Assembly: GCA_017625505.1 (NCBI GenBank)
Contig: JAGAKV010000002.1
Span: 3,287-67,286 of the forward strand
DNA from: Clostridia bacterium
GTDB taxonomy: Bacteria > Bacillota > Clostridia > Christensenellales > UBA1242
DNA: 64,000 bases
Direction: 5' to 3'
Shown here: positions 43,288 to 52,131 of the stretch, one piece after another
Layout of the letters: each line of letters opens with the position of its first letter
Numbering within the stretch: position 1 is the stretch's first letter
Notes under the pieces: model-generated
Told to the model about the DNA's origin: nothing
Database searches by the model: none
The model's input: the letters and a program-made list of their open reading frames with translations, nothing else
Made by a program: the position numbers and the translations under genes

Positions 43288-44220
43288 ATGGAATTTAAAC
43301 ATAAGCCTGTGCTTCTTGATGAAGTGATTGAAGGCCTAAATATACAAGAAAACGGAATTTATATAGATTGCACAATGGGCGGTGGCGGACATTCAAGCGT
43401 CATCGCCAGTCACTTGTCAAGCAAGGGGCAACTTGTTGGCTTTGACAGGGATAGCGACGCAGTCGGTGTATGCAGGGATAGATTTAAAGACAACTCAAAT
43501 ATCAAGGTTGTACATTCAAATTATAAAGATGCTCCGGCTGTTCTTCGTGAAATGGGTATAAATGAATTTGATGGCCTTCTTATCGACCTTGGAGTAAGCT
43601 CCTATCAGATTGACACAGCAGAGCGAGGCTTCAGTTTCAACCATGATGGCAGATTGGACATGCGTATGGATAAATCGCAAGACCTCGACGCATATTATGT
43701 TGTCAACAACTATCCGCCTGAGCGATTGATTGAAATTTTATATCGTTATGGCGAAGAAGATAATGCAAGAAGGATTGTGCAAAACATTTGTAAGTATAGG
43801 CAACAACAGCCAATCGAAACAACATTTCAGCTGAAAGACATTATTGAAAACTCCTTTCCTAAAAAAGTTATTTATGGGAAAGGTGGAGTCTCAAAAAAGA
43901 CCTTTCAAGCAATCAGGATTGAGGTGAATGGAGAACTTGATGGCCTAGATAAAACGCTTGAAGAGTTTGCAAACATGCTGAAACCAGGTGGCAGAATGGC
44001 CGTGATAACATTTCACAGCCTTGAAGATCGCATCGTTAAGAATGTGTTTAAAGACCTGTCTACTGGGTGTGTATGTCCGCCTAAAACGCCTGTGTGCATT
44101 TGTGGGCATAAAGCCAGCGTAAGGCTTGTCAATCGTAAACCTATTATTGCCGGGAAAGATGAGCTTGAGAAGAATTCTCGATCTAGCAGTGCAAAGCTTC
44201 GTGTAATGGAAAAAATTTAG
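43288..44220 (+). CDS. rsmH: 16S rRNA (cytosine1402-N4)-methyltransferase
   Basis: 310 aa. HKPVLLDEV...DCTMGGGGHS...DLGVSSYQID...FHSLEDRIVK, matching MraW/RsmH signatures. Confidence 0.93.
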   Translation: MEFKHKPVLLDEVIEGLNIQENGIYIDCTMGGGGHSSVIASHLSSKGQLVGFDRDSDAVGVCRDRFKDNSNIKVVHSNYKDAPAVLREMGINEFDGLLIDLGVSSYQIDTAERGFSFNHDGRLDMRMDKSQDLDAYYVVNNYPPERLIEILYRYGEEDNARRIVQNICKYRQQQPIETTFQLKDIIENSFPKKVIYGKGGVSKKTFQAIRIEVNGELDGLDKTLEEFANMLKPGGRMAVITFHSLEDRIVKNVFKDLSTGCVCPPKTPVCICGHKASVRLVNRKPIIAGKDELEKNSRSSSAKLRVMEKI

Positions 44221-44249
44221 TGATATTAAATAAAGGAGGAGAGTATATT

Positions 44250-44894
44250 ATGAGTGAGAAATCTTTGCTTTTAGAGATTGAAAAAGAGAAACAACAAATA
44301 GTTGAAAAACAGCTTGCTCGTGCGAGAGAAAAGCAACAAGAAAAAGAGACTGAAGAGGCTCTAAAGTCTGGCAAAACGATTAATATATTTTCTTCTGCAA
44401 CATTCCCACAAGCAAGTTTAGAATTCCTGCAAGAAAAACAGCAGGAAGAAGAGGAAGTGGATAGGCTGGAAAGCAAGGTTTCTCAAGTAATCGAAAAGCC
44501 TAATTATGATATGATAGAAGGACTATCGCAAGCAGAACGGGAAAAGATTTTTAAGATTGAGAAGGAAGAGGTGGCAAAACCTCAGGTCAAGTTTGGTAAA
44601 CTGAAGTGGATTATGTTGTCCATTTTGCTTGCAATCTTTGGCGTATGGGGGCTTATTAATATTGCAACTCTTGACAACCTTGCGGCAGAAGTGGCAAGCG
44701 TGGAGGCGATATATAATATAAACATCGCAACTTATGCAAAAAATTTGGCAACGCTTGACGCAACAAGTGCAGAAAATATGGAAAATCTTCTTCCAACCAT
44801 TCCAGACCAAAAGCTTGATGCAAACCAAATTGGCGAGCAATCAAACTGGTTTGATAGGTTCTGTAATTTCATAGGAGGCTTATTTGGAGGTTAA
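44250..44894 (+). CDS. bitopic membrane protein in the ftsL position of the dcw cluster
   Basis: 214 aa from the ATG at 44250 (SD aaAGGAGGagagtatatt-ATG). The N-terminal ~125 aa are E/K/Q-rich and look like coiled coil. Single TM WIMLSILLAIFGVWGLINIA, then a short external domain. Sits between rsmH and the class B PBP. Confidence 0.55.
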   Translation: MSEKSLLLEIEKEKQQIVEKQLARAREKQQEKETEEALKSGKTINIFSSATFPQASLEFLQEKQQEEEEVDRLESKVSQVIEKPNYDMIEGLSQAEREKIFKIEKEEVAKPQVKFGKLKWIMLSILLAIFGVWGLINIATLDNLAAEVASVEAIYNINIATYAKNLATLDATSAENMENLLPTIPDQKLDANQIGEQSNWFDRFCNFIGGLFGG

Positions 44895-44896
44895 CC

Positions 44897-46786
44897 TTGC
44901 AAAAAGCCTTTACCTTATATTCATTAAAGAAAAGGATATTGGCAGTAACGCTTGCAATATCCTTTATTTTTTGCGCACTTGTTGTGCGTTTGTTTATCTT
45001 GCAGATAATAAAAGGACCTTCTCTCCAGCTGCGGGCGACCGATCAATGGACGAGAGATTTAAAAATTACTGCGCCTCGCGGAAAAGTGATTGATCGCACA
45101 GGCTCGGCACTTGCGGTAAGTTATACCACTTATAATGTTTATGTTCGCTCTAGAGAGGTGAGTGAAACATCAGTTGTGGCAAATATTTTATCAAAAGAGT
45201 TGGGACTAACCTTTGAAAAGGTGTATGAAAAAATAAAAAACAACAAATCTAGTGAAGTGCTTATAAAAATGCAGGTCGAAGGTGAGGTCGCGGAGCAAAT
45301 CTATAATCACAGCCTTAAAGGCGTATATTTGGTAGAAAACGCTAATCGATATTATCCCTATGGCAATCTTCTTTCACAAATTATGGGTTTCATATCAGTT
45401 GATAATGAAGGCCAGAGTGGACTTGAGGCATACTATAACGATTATCTAAAGGGTGAAAACGGCTTTAGTTATGTGCAAAGCGATTTGCAAGGGAAAGAAA
45501 TTGGCGGCAGTTTAAGATATTATGTGCCAGCTACTGCCGGGGCTGATTTGACGCTGACGGTTGACAGCAAAATGCAGCTTATCTTAGAGCATACCCTTGA
45601 AAAAATAATGGAAGAACAGCAAGCCAAGTCTGTTAGCGGTGTGATTATGGATGCACAAAGCGGCGAGATTTTGTCCATTTCAAGCAAACCAAGTTTTGAC
45701 CTTAACGACGTGCCAAGAGATGACCTTACAAGCCTATTTGAACAAAGCAAAGTCAAGGTGGTTACTGATGTATACGAGCCCGGTTCAACATTCAAAATCC
45801 TTACTGTTGCAGCGGCGCTGGAAGAGGGGCTTACAAACCTTAATGATCGTTTTTACTGTCCGGGATATCGCATGATTGACGGCATAAAAATTAAGTGTTG
45901 GCGGACAATTGGACATGGCTCTCAAACATTATCAGAGGCGTTTGCCAATTCATGCAATTGTTGTTTTATGGATTTAGCGCTAAGGCTGGGGACAGAAAAA
46001 TTTTATTCATATATGCATAAGTTTGGACTGGGGCAGAAGACGGGGATTGATGTGAGCGGTGAGGCGAGTGGCATTCTTATGGCGAGAAACCTTGTGAAAA
46101 AAGTGGATTTAGCAAGAATGGGCTTTGGCCACGCAATTGCGCTTACGCCTATTCAGCTTTGCTGTGCAGTCTCTTGCATTGTAAACGGCGGGACGTTTAA
46201 TAGTCCGCATATTGTAAGCCTAAATGGCGAAAATGAGGGGCTTAATCTAAACTTTAAGAGGACGGGTAATATAGTCAGCGCTCAGACCTCGTCCACCGTC
46301 AACGCTCTACTTGAGTTTGCAGAGAATAAAACTGGAAAATATACCTTTGTTGAGGGATACAACGTTGGCGGTAAAACAGGCACGGCGCAAAAATATAAAG
46401 CGGGGGGTGGCATTGATCAAGGAAAATATATATCGAGTTTTATAGGTACTTACCCTGCGGATAAGCCGAAGTATCTGGTTTTTGTAATGGTTGATGAGCC
46501 GGGCGCTGGGGCATATTATGGAAGCATTGTTGCTGCGCCATATGGTAAAGAAATTTTTAGCGGAATGTTTGACTATTTGGATGAGAAAAAACAAAATGAG
46601 AACGTGACCAGCGAGTTTGTGCAGATGCCAGACGTCGAGGGAAAATCGTTGGCAGAATGTGCATCATTGCTTAAGACTTTAGGACTTTCTTACGAGCTTG
46701 ATGGGGAAGGCGCGGTGATTGTAAAGCAACTTCCGCCAGCTGGAACTAGCGTGCAAAAGGGGCAAAGCGTGCTTCTTATCACTTAA
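44897..46786 (+). CDS. class B penicillin-binding protein (PBP2B/FtsI-like) with one PASTA domain
   Basis: 629 aa. TTG start after tGGAGGttaacc. N-terminal TM. Motifs SXXK (GSTFK), SXN (SCN) and KTG (GKTGTA). C-terminal PASTA segment (MPDVEGKSLAEC...VIVKQLPPAGTSVQKGQSVLL). Confidence 0.9.
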   Translation: MQKAFTLYSLKKRILAVTLAISFIFCALVVRLFILQIIKGPSLQLRATDQWTRDLKITAPRGKVIDRTGSALAVSYTTYNVYVRSREVSETSVVANILSKELGLTFEKVYEKIKNNKSSEVLIKMQVEGEVAEQIYNHSLKGVYLVENANRYYPYGNLLSQIMGFISVDNEGQSGLEAYYNDYLKGENGFSYVQSDLQGKEIGGSLRYYVPATAGADLTLTVDSKMQLILEHTLEKIMEEQQAKSVSGVIMDAQSGEILSISSKPSFDLNDVPRDDLTSLFEQSKVKVVTDVYEPGSTFKILTVAAALEEGLTNLNDRFYCPGYRMIDGIKIKCWRTIGHGSQTLSEAFANSCNCCFMDLALRLGTEKFYSYMHKFGLGQKTGIDVSGEASGILMARNLVKKVDLARMGFGHAIALTPIQLCCAVSCIVNGGTFNSPHIVSLNGENEGLNLNFKRTGNIVSAQTSSTVNALLEFAENKTGKYTFVEGYNVGGKTGTAQKYKAGGGIDQGKYISSFIGTYPADKPKYLVFVMVDEPGAGAYYGSIVAAPYGKEIFSGMFDYLDEKKQNENVTSEFVQMPDVEGKSLAECASLLKTLGLSYELDGEGAVIVKQLPPAGTSVQKGQSVLLIT

Positions 46787-46799
46787 ATAGCAAAAATAC

Positions 46800-46828
46800 T
46801 TGTAATTTTATTTCAAATTGATTACAAT
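46800..46828 (+). promoter_or_regulatory. promoter placing +1 on the ATG (leaderless mRNA)
   Basis: TTGTAA (46800-05), 17-nt spacer, TACAAT (46823-28), then atagtt (6 nt), then ATG at 46835. No SD. Confidence 0.5.
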
Positions 46829-46834
46829 ATAGTT

Positions 46835-47542
46835 ATGGATACAACGTGGGTTATAATAATTGCTGTGATAGGAGTGGCAGTTTTGCTGTGCTTTTTGCTT
46901 TCGATTGCAAATTTCTCAGGCGAACGCTTTTTAGAAGAGTATGAACAGACAAACAAAATTGAAGTGCAAACAGAATGTACGCCGCTGCAGTTTGTCGCGG
47001 AGATGAACGAAAAACATTTTAAAGGCAGGCTGCGCGTTGGGCAAGTTGCACAAAAGGCAACAGATGCCTACAGTAAGGGCACGATCTATCTTTCCACGCA
47101 AACAATCTATACAAACTCGGTTGCATCTTTTACGATCATCGCACATGAGCTTGGTCATGCTTTGCAAGATCAAGAAGGGAAGAAGCTTAAGTCTTTAACT
47201 TTTTTAAGAAGATTTGGCCGTGGTATTGCCTTGCTTCTTGGCCCGTGCATCATCGCTGGCGGCATTTTGGCAATTCTAGAGTATTTTCTATTAGCTTTAT
47301 GCTTGTTGGGGGCAGCCATTTTAATATTTATACTTTCACTTTATGTTAAACTTAAAACCATATCAATTGAAAAAGATGCAAGTGTAAAGGCAGTTGCCAT
47401 GCTGGGGGAATATTTAACAGCAAATGAGTTAAAAATAAGTAAAAAGCTTTTGAAAGATGCAAAGCTTACTTACTGGGCGGATTTCCTGAGGATTTTCTTA
47501 TGGTGGACGGCCCTTTCAAGAAAGACAAAACTGTTTAATTAG
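46835..47542 (+). CDS. YugP-like membrane zinc metallopeptidase (Zn_peptidase_2 type), divergent copy
   Basis: 235 aa. N-terminal TM, HELGHALQ (HExxH), C-terminal TM pair. Confidence 0.75.
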   Translation: MDTTWVIIIAVIGVAVLLCFLLSIANFSGERFLEEYEQTNKIEVQTECTPLQFVAEMNEKHFKGRLRVGQVAQKATDAYSKGTIYLSTQTIYTNSVASFTIIAHELGHALQDQEGKKLKSLTFLRRFGRGIALLLGPCIIAGGILAILEYFLLALCLLGAAILIFILSLYVKLKTISIEKDASVKAVAMLGEYLTANELKISKKLLKDAKLTYWADFLRIFLWWTALSRKTKLFN

Positions 47543-47551
47543 GAGGAAATT

Positions 47552-48259
47552 ATGTTGTTTTTAGGTTATTATATTTGCGGCGGGATTGTGCTTGTGACAA
47601 TCCTTATTTCACTGTTTGCACAGGTTAAAGTGCATAGTGCGTACAATAAATATCAACAAGAGGCGTCTCCGCTTGACATGACGGGTGTTCAGCTTGCTCA
47701 TAAACTGGCGCAAGATCACCATATGGCTCTTACAATAAGAAGCACGTCCGGACACCTGTCTGATCATTTTGATCCAAGGGATAACAGCATCAACATCTCA
47801 CACGACAATGTCAATTCAAAGTCCATTGCAGCTCACGCGATAATCGCTCATGAGTTTGGTCACGCGTTGCAACATGAGGAAAACTATATGCCTTACAAAG
47901 TGAGGCAGGCAACAGTAAAGATTGCAAGCTTTGTGTCAAAATTGCTCATTCCTATGATTATTCTTGCCATATTGCTTGAAATTTTTGTGCTGATGGGGGT
48001 TGGGAATATAATTCTTTACGTTTATGTCGGTATTTATGCTGTTTCATTTATTGTGAGTCTGGTGACCCTTCCAGTTGAATTTAATGCGTCAAAAAGGGCC
48101 AAAAAGGCTTTGGCAGAAATGGGTGTTTCGGGTGAAAATGCAAATGGTGTGGCTGACGTGTTAAACGCCGCTGCAATGACTTACGTTGCTGCAATGCTTG
48201 TTAATTTTGCATATCTCCTGCGAATTCTTTCGCTATTACGCTTTTTCTCGAGAGATTAA
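47552..48259 (+). CDS. YugP-like membrane zinc metallopeptidase
   Basis: 235 aa. LFAQVKVHSAYNKY...GHLSDHFDPR...AHEFGHALQH, close to the Bacillus YugP pattern. SD ttAGGAGGaaatt-ATG. Confidence 0.85.
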   Translation: MLFLGYYICGGIVLVTILISLFAQVKVHSAYNKYQQEASPLDMTGVQLAHKLAQDHHMALTIRSTSGHLSDHFDPRDNSINISHDNVNSKSIAAHAIIAHEFGHALQHEENYMPYKVRQATVKIASFVSKLLIPMIILAILLEIFVLMGVGNIILYVYVGIYAVSFIVSLVTLPVEFNASKRAKKALAEMGVSGENANGVADVLNAAAMTYVAAMLVNFAYLLRILSLLRFFSRD

Positions 48260-48468
48260 AGGTTAAAGTAATCTTCATAGGAGGACATACCATTATCAAA
48301 AATGGTTGCGTCCTCTTTTTTATCAGCACGCGGGATAAAGTATGAGCATGAGGGGGCGCATTTCTCCTCATTGATGGTACAGGTGCAACCAAACCCACAA
48401 CGATTACCTTCTTTTTTATATTTACAATCAGGGTTATTGCAATTTTCGCCATGAAAAACGTTTTCCAT
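48256..48468 (-). CDS. small cysteine-rich protein (70 aa, 8 Cys)
   Basis: SD aaaAGGAGaatgat-ATG. Cys pattern is ENCNNPDCKYKKEGNRCGFGCTCTINEEKCAPSC. Its stop overlaps the yugP-like stop by 4 nt (ttaa). Confidence 0.55.
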   Translation of the reverse strand: MENVFHGENCNNPDCKYKKEGNRCGFGCTCTINEEKCAPSCSYFIPRADKKEDATIFDNGMSSYEDYFNL

Positions 48469-48570
48469 ATCATTCTCCTTTTATATTGTTATTTTGTGAA
48501 AAATAGAATGATTTTATTATAATTTTATTGTTTTTATATCTGCGTCCGCATGGATTTTAAAAATATAGTC

Positions 48571-48599
48571 TTGACAATCTCAACCTTTCATGCTATAGT
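48571..48599 (+). promoter_or_regulatory. candidate promoter
   Basis: TTGACA (48571-76), 17-nt spacer, TATAGT (48594-99). Confidence 0.5.
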
Positions 48600-48624
48600 T
48601 ATGTTATATCAAATGGAGGAAAAA

Positions 48625-48966
48625 ATGGATTACAAAAAGAAAATGGCAAGATATGAGGATAAACTTAACACTGCGATAAAAAAAGGTAATATAAAAAAGA
48701 GAAAAGCTATTGAAGAGTCAATGGTTTGCCTTGCAAGTCGTGCTATTTCTTCGAAATATGGATACACAACAGGAAGAGTTGTGATATATCAATTTGTTGA
48801 AGAAAATGGCAGAGCAAAACTTAATGTGACAACTGATGTTCATAAGCCACTCTCAGGCGAACAAATTTCAAAAGCTCTTAAAGAGAAAAACGCTTCACTT
48901 AATTATGATAAAGAGAAAAAAGAGGAAGAGTCTTTGTTTGACCTATCAGAGTTTCATATTCACTAA
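48625..48966 (+). CDS. hypothetical Lys-rich protein (113 aa)
   Basis: The ATG at 48625 follows atGGAGGaaaaa. The track start at 48550 would lie upstream of the promoter. No motif recognised. Confidence 0.5.
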   Translation: MDYKKKMARYEDKLNTAIKKGNIKKRKAIEESMVCLASRAISSKYGYTTGRVVIYQFVEENGRAKLNVTTDVHKPLSGEQISKALKEKNASLNYDKEKKEEESLFDLSEFHIH

Positions 48967-48983
48967 AATTAGAGATAACAATA

Positions 48984-49014
48984 AAAAAATCACGAGAAAT
49001 CTCGTGATTTTTTG
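48984..49014. terminator. bidirectional rho-independent terminator
   Basis: aaaaaaa-tcacgag-aaat-ctcgtga-tttttt, located between the convergent genes 48625-48966 and glyQS. Confidence 0.8.
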
Positions 49015-49104
49015 TTGCATTGGCTGCGTTTAAATGTAAGAAACGCCTAGATTACATTGTTTTTGTTAAAAATTTTTACATTGTTTTTAAACAAATAAAC
49101 ATTG

Positions 49105-50484
49105 TTAATTAAACTTAACTTTCTCGCCCATATATGCAACCAGCTCGCTTATAGGAAGTCTGATCTGCTCCATAGAATCTCTATCTCTGATTGTAACAGT
49201 GTTGTTTTCAAGAGTGTCAAAGTCAATTGTTACGCAGAAAGGAGTTCCAATTTCGTCTTGTCTACGATATCTTTTTCCAATTGATCCTGCAAGGTCGTAG
49301 TCGCACATAAATTCTTTTGCAAGTAGTGCATAAACTTCTTCTGCCTTTTCACTTAAATTCTTTTGAAGTGGAAGGATTGCAACCTTGTATGGTGCAATTG
49401 CTGGATGAAGGTGCATAACGACTCTTGTTTCGCCGTTTTCAAGAGTCTCTTCCTCGTAGGCCTCGCAAAGGGTTGCAAGTGTAAGTCTGCCAACACCAAT
49501 TGAGTATTCAATAACTGTAGGAAGAATTTTTTCATTAGTTACTGGATCGGTGTAAAGCATAGATTTTCCACTATATTCTTGGTGACGAGAGCAATCCCAT
49601 GTTCCTCTATGGTGAACTCCGTTGAGTTCTTGCCAGCCGATAGGGAAGTTGTATTGAATGTCGCAGGCCGCTTTTGCATAGTGTGCGAGTTTGTCGTGGT
49701 CATGGAAACGAAGTCTTGTTTCATCAAGTCCGATATCTTTTGCAAAATTCCAAGCTTTTTCTTTGTACTTATTGTAAATGTCAAGTGAGTCTTCATCTTT
49801 GCAGAACATTTGAAGCTCCATTTGTTCAAATTCAATTGTTCTGAAAAGGAAGTTTCCTGGAGTGATCTCATTTCTGAATGATTTTCCAATTTGCGCGATA
49901 GCAAAAGGAAGTTTTGCTCTTGCAGTGCGTTGTACATTGAGGAAGTTGACGTACTCGCCTTGGCATGTTTCAGGGCGAAGATAAACCTTGTCAGCTTCTG
50001 CTTCAAGCGTTCCTCTAGAAGTGGTAAACATAGGATTGAATTTGCGGATTTGAGTCCAATTTTTGTTGCCGCAGTGAGGACAGCGAATGTTGTTTTCTTC
50101 AATGTAGTTTTCCATTTCCTCGTTGCTCATGCAATCAGGCACTACGTCGCCTTTTCCATAGCTTTCAATAAGTGTATCCGCACGGAAACGTTGCTTACAA
50201 ACTTTGCAATCCATTTTTGGATCGCCAAAATTTGCTACGTGTCCGCTTGCCTCCCACACGCGTGGATTCATAAGAATAGATGCGTCCACTCCGTATGTGT
50301 TTGGACTTTCTTGTACAAATCTTTTCCACCATGCACGTTTAATGTTGTTTTCAAGTTCTACTCCCACAGGGCCAAAGTCCCAAGTGTTTGCAAAGCCGCC
50401 ATAGATATCGCTTCCAGGGAATACGAATCCGCGAGATTTACACAAGTTTACGATTTTGTCCATAGTTACATTTTTTTCTGCCAT
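49105..50484 (-). CDS. glyQS: glycine--tRNA ligase (alpha2 dimeric type)
   Basis: 459 aa. MAEKNVTMDKIVNLCKSRGFVFPGSDIYGGFANTWDFGPVGVELENNIKRAWW is the canonical GlyQS N-terminus. SD taAGGAGagaaaaataATG. Confidence 0.93.
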   Translation of the reverse strand: MAEKNVTMDKIVNLCKSRGFVFPGSDIYGGFANTWDFGPVGVELENNIKRAWWKRFVQESPNTYGVDASILMNPRVWEASGHVANFGDPKMDCKVCKQRFRADTLIESYGKGDVVPDCMSNEEMENYIEENNIRCPHCGNKNWTQIRKFNPMFTTSRGTLEAEADKVYLRPETCQGEYVNFLNVQRTARAKLPFAIAQIGKSFRNEITPGNFLFRTIEFEQMELQMFCKDEDSLDIYNKYKEKAWNFAKDIGLDETRLRFHDHDKLAHYAKAACDIQYNFPIGWQELNGVHHRGTWDCSRHQEYSGKSMLYTDPVTNEKILPTVIEYSIGVGRLTLATLCEAYEEETLENGETRVVMHLHPAIAPYKVAILPLQKNLSEKAEEVYALLAKEFMCDYDLAGSIGKRYRRQDEIGTPFCVTIDFDTLENNTVTIRDRDSMEQIRLPISELVAYMGEKVKFN

Positions 50485-50544
50485 TATTTTTCTCTCCTTA
50501 TATTTTAATTGACAATGTTTTTTTTAGATTGTGCATTCTGCATA

Positions 50545-50690
50545 TAAAAAGCCCCCATTGCCTAAGGCAATAGGGGCGAGATTTACTTCGCTGTTCCACC
50601 CTAATTCGCACTAAGAAAGTGCCTTCATTAGTTGTCTTTACGCCGACCCGCGTTAAGCTCGGGAGTTGCCAATTCCGTCATCACTTAACT
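50545..50690 (-). promoter_or_regulatory. T-box riboswitch leader (glycine type)
   Basis: Minus strand contains a GA/K-turn TGATGA, a candidate GGC specifier (complement of 50642-44) and the T-box AATTAGGGTGGAACAGCG (complement of 50591-50608). The terminator is gcccctattgcc-ttag-ggcaatgggggc followed by TTTTT (50580-50545). Confidence 0.8.
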
Positions 50691-50693
50691 ATA

Positions 50694-50721
50694 ATTATAC
50701 TTATTTCTATCCAAAAGTCAA
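50694..50721 (-). promoter_or_regulatory. glyQS promoter
   Basis: Minus strand: TTGACT (50721-16), 16-nt spacer, TATAAT (50699-94). Confidence 0.6.
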
Positions 50722-50820
50722 TAATTTTTTAGATTATTTACGAGTTTGTTTAAAAATCTAAATAATTGTGAGAGTCTTTATGTTTTGTGTGTTTGTTGAT
50801 TAATGTAGTTTTCCTATTTA

Positions 50821-51159
50821 TTAGCCAATCTCAAGATTGCCGATTGTGGCAATTGGCTGCTCTTTATATGCTACTCCATTCCTTTTTGCGACCTCTCGAT
50901 CAAGCGCCTCTTTTTTTCTGCGCAAAACTAGAGATGTTGGTATTGCTGCTAACAGTATTGTGGGAAGGCTAAAAAATGCTGTGGCAACGACTGCGTTTGG
51001 AATCTCTTTTGTAAATAATGATGCAAAAGGTATTCCAAAGATTGTGACAAATCCAAGAATGTTGCTGCCCAGTGCAGTTAGCACGCTTATTTTTGTCGCA
51101 AGGGAATATGCTTTTTGTTTTTTAAGTAGTTTATCCATAGGTAGGTCTTTGTGTGCCAT
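50821..51159 (-). CDS. small two-TM hairpin membrane protein, paralog 5 of 5
   Basis: 112 aa from the ATG at 51159 (SD aAAGGAGaaaac). MAHKDLPMDKLLKKQKAYSLATK followed by 2 TM segments. Confidence 0.6.
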   Translation of the reverse strand: MAHKDLPMDKLLKKQKAYSLATKISVLTALGSNILGFVTIFGIPFASLFTKEIPNAVVATAFFSLPTILLAAIPTSLVLRRKKEALDREVAKRNGVAYKEQPIATIGNLEIG

Positions 51160-51169
51160 GTTTTCTCCT

Positions 51170-51790
51170 TTAGTGCTGGATTGGCTCAATTTCCATTGCT
51201 TTGGTTAAGGTGTCTGTGCTTATAGACCTTTTGGCTCTTCGTTTTCGTTCTTCTTTAAGCTGTGCTAATGTACTTTGCTTTTTGCCGTGAAGTAGCATTG
51301 CGCCAAGGCAAGAAACGGCTTCAACACCTACTAATGCGGTGCAGACTGAACCTGTGTTTGTTCCGATTTCAAGAGATCTTTCAACTGCTTTGTTGTGTTT
51401 TTCGAAAGCTGCAATTTGTTCTTCTGTGCCGTATTGCTTGATATAATCTTCCCTTGAAATGCCTTTAGCGTTCTTTTTCTGTTCGATATATTCTTCAGGG
51501 GAGATGTCTTTGCTGTAAAGTTGATTTTCCAGCGATTGAAGTTTTTCGTTTAATGTTTCCTCATACACTTCGTTGTACGAAGTTTCTTCAATGACCTGAT
51601 TGCGTTTTTCTCCATGAATAAATGATGAAAACATGCAACCAAACATAAAAATTAGTGTTGCGGCGCCAGTGATGACTATAGGAAGTACAAGCTTGTTTGT
51701 TTTGATTATTCCGCTGTGCTTCTTTTCTAAACAGTTGATTTTTTCCTCTAATTGTTCGTCACTTAGGACTGTAATTTTTTCTTTTTTCAT
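51170..51790 (-). CDS. two-TM membrane protein with a ~95-aa loop, paralog 4 of 5
   Basis: 206 aa with SD acAAGGAGaaaac-ATG. TM1 LVLPIVITGAATLIFMFGCMFSSFI, a charged helical loop, then TM2 GSVCTALVGVEAVSCLGAMLL. Confidence 0.65.
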   Translation of the reverse strand: MKKEKITVLSDEQLEEKINCLEKKHSGIIKTNKLVLPIVITGAATLIFMFGCMFSSFIHGEKRNQVIEETSYNEVYEETLNEKLQSLENQLYSKDISPEEYIEQKKNAKGISREDYIKQYGTEEQIAAFEKHNKAVERSLEIGTNTGSVCTALVGVEAVSCLGAMLLHGKKQSTLAQLKEERKRRAKRSISTDTLTKAMEIEPIQH

Positions 51791-51803
51791 GTTTTCTCCT
51801 TGT

Positions 51804-52118
51804 CTAAATTGAGCAGTTTATATCTTCGCCTTGATGTGTATGTTCATCGGTTTCGTGAGAAGATATTTTCTTTTCAAGCGCTTCGCCGATGATCGTAGAG
51901 GTGATTCCCAAAATTCCAACGCCCATACCAATTCCTGCAGTCGTCAGCACTGTTGCTGCGTCGGCGTTTGCCACAACATCAAGACCAATTGCTGCCATAA
52001 TTCCTCCAAGTCCAAGAGCGTTGAGGATAAGAGAAGTTATATTATTTGCAAGCATATATGTTTTTTTATTTTTTAGTAGTCCGTTGTTATTGTCAATTTT
52101 ATAATTCTTTTTTGTCAT
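51804..52118 (-). CDS. small two-TM hairpin membrane protein, paralog 3 of 5
   Basis: 104 aa from the ATG at 52118 (SD aAAGGAtaaagcaa). This start avoids overlap with the upstream gene. ...GLLKNKKTYMLANNITS followed by 2 Gly-rich TM segments. Confidence 0.6.
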   Translation of the reverse strand: MTKKNYKIDNNNGLLKNKKTYMLANNITSLILNALGLGGIMAAIGLDVVANADAATVLTTAGIGMGVGILGITSTIIGEALEKKISSHETDEHTHQGEDINCSI

Positions 52119-52131
52119 TTGCTTTATCCTT

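Noticed and set aside
49539-50508. ORFs 49539-50102 (-, 187 aa), 49891-50508 (+, 205 aa) and smaller ones inside glyQS.
   Set aside because: They are alternate or antisense frames of the full-length, well-conserved GlyRS gene.
50722-50820. Possible terminator hairpin (tttagatt...aatctaaa) after the five-gene membrane operon.
   Set aside because: The loop is about 19 nt and no T-run follows, so it is too weak to call.
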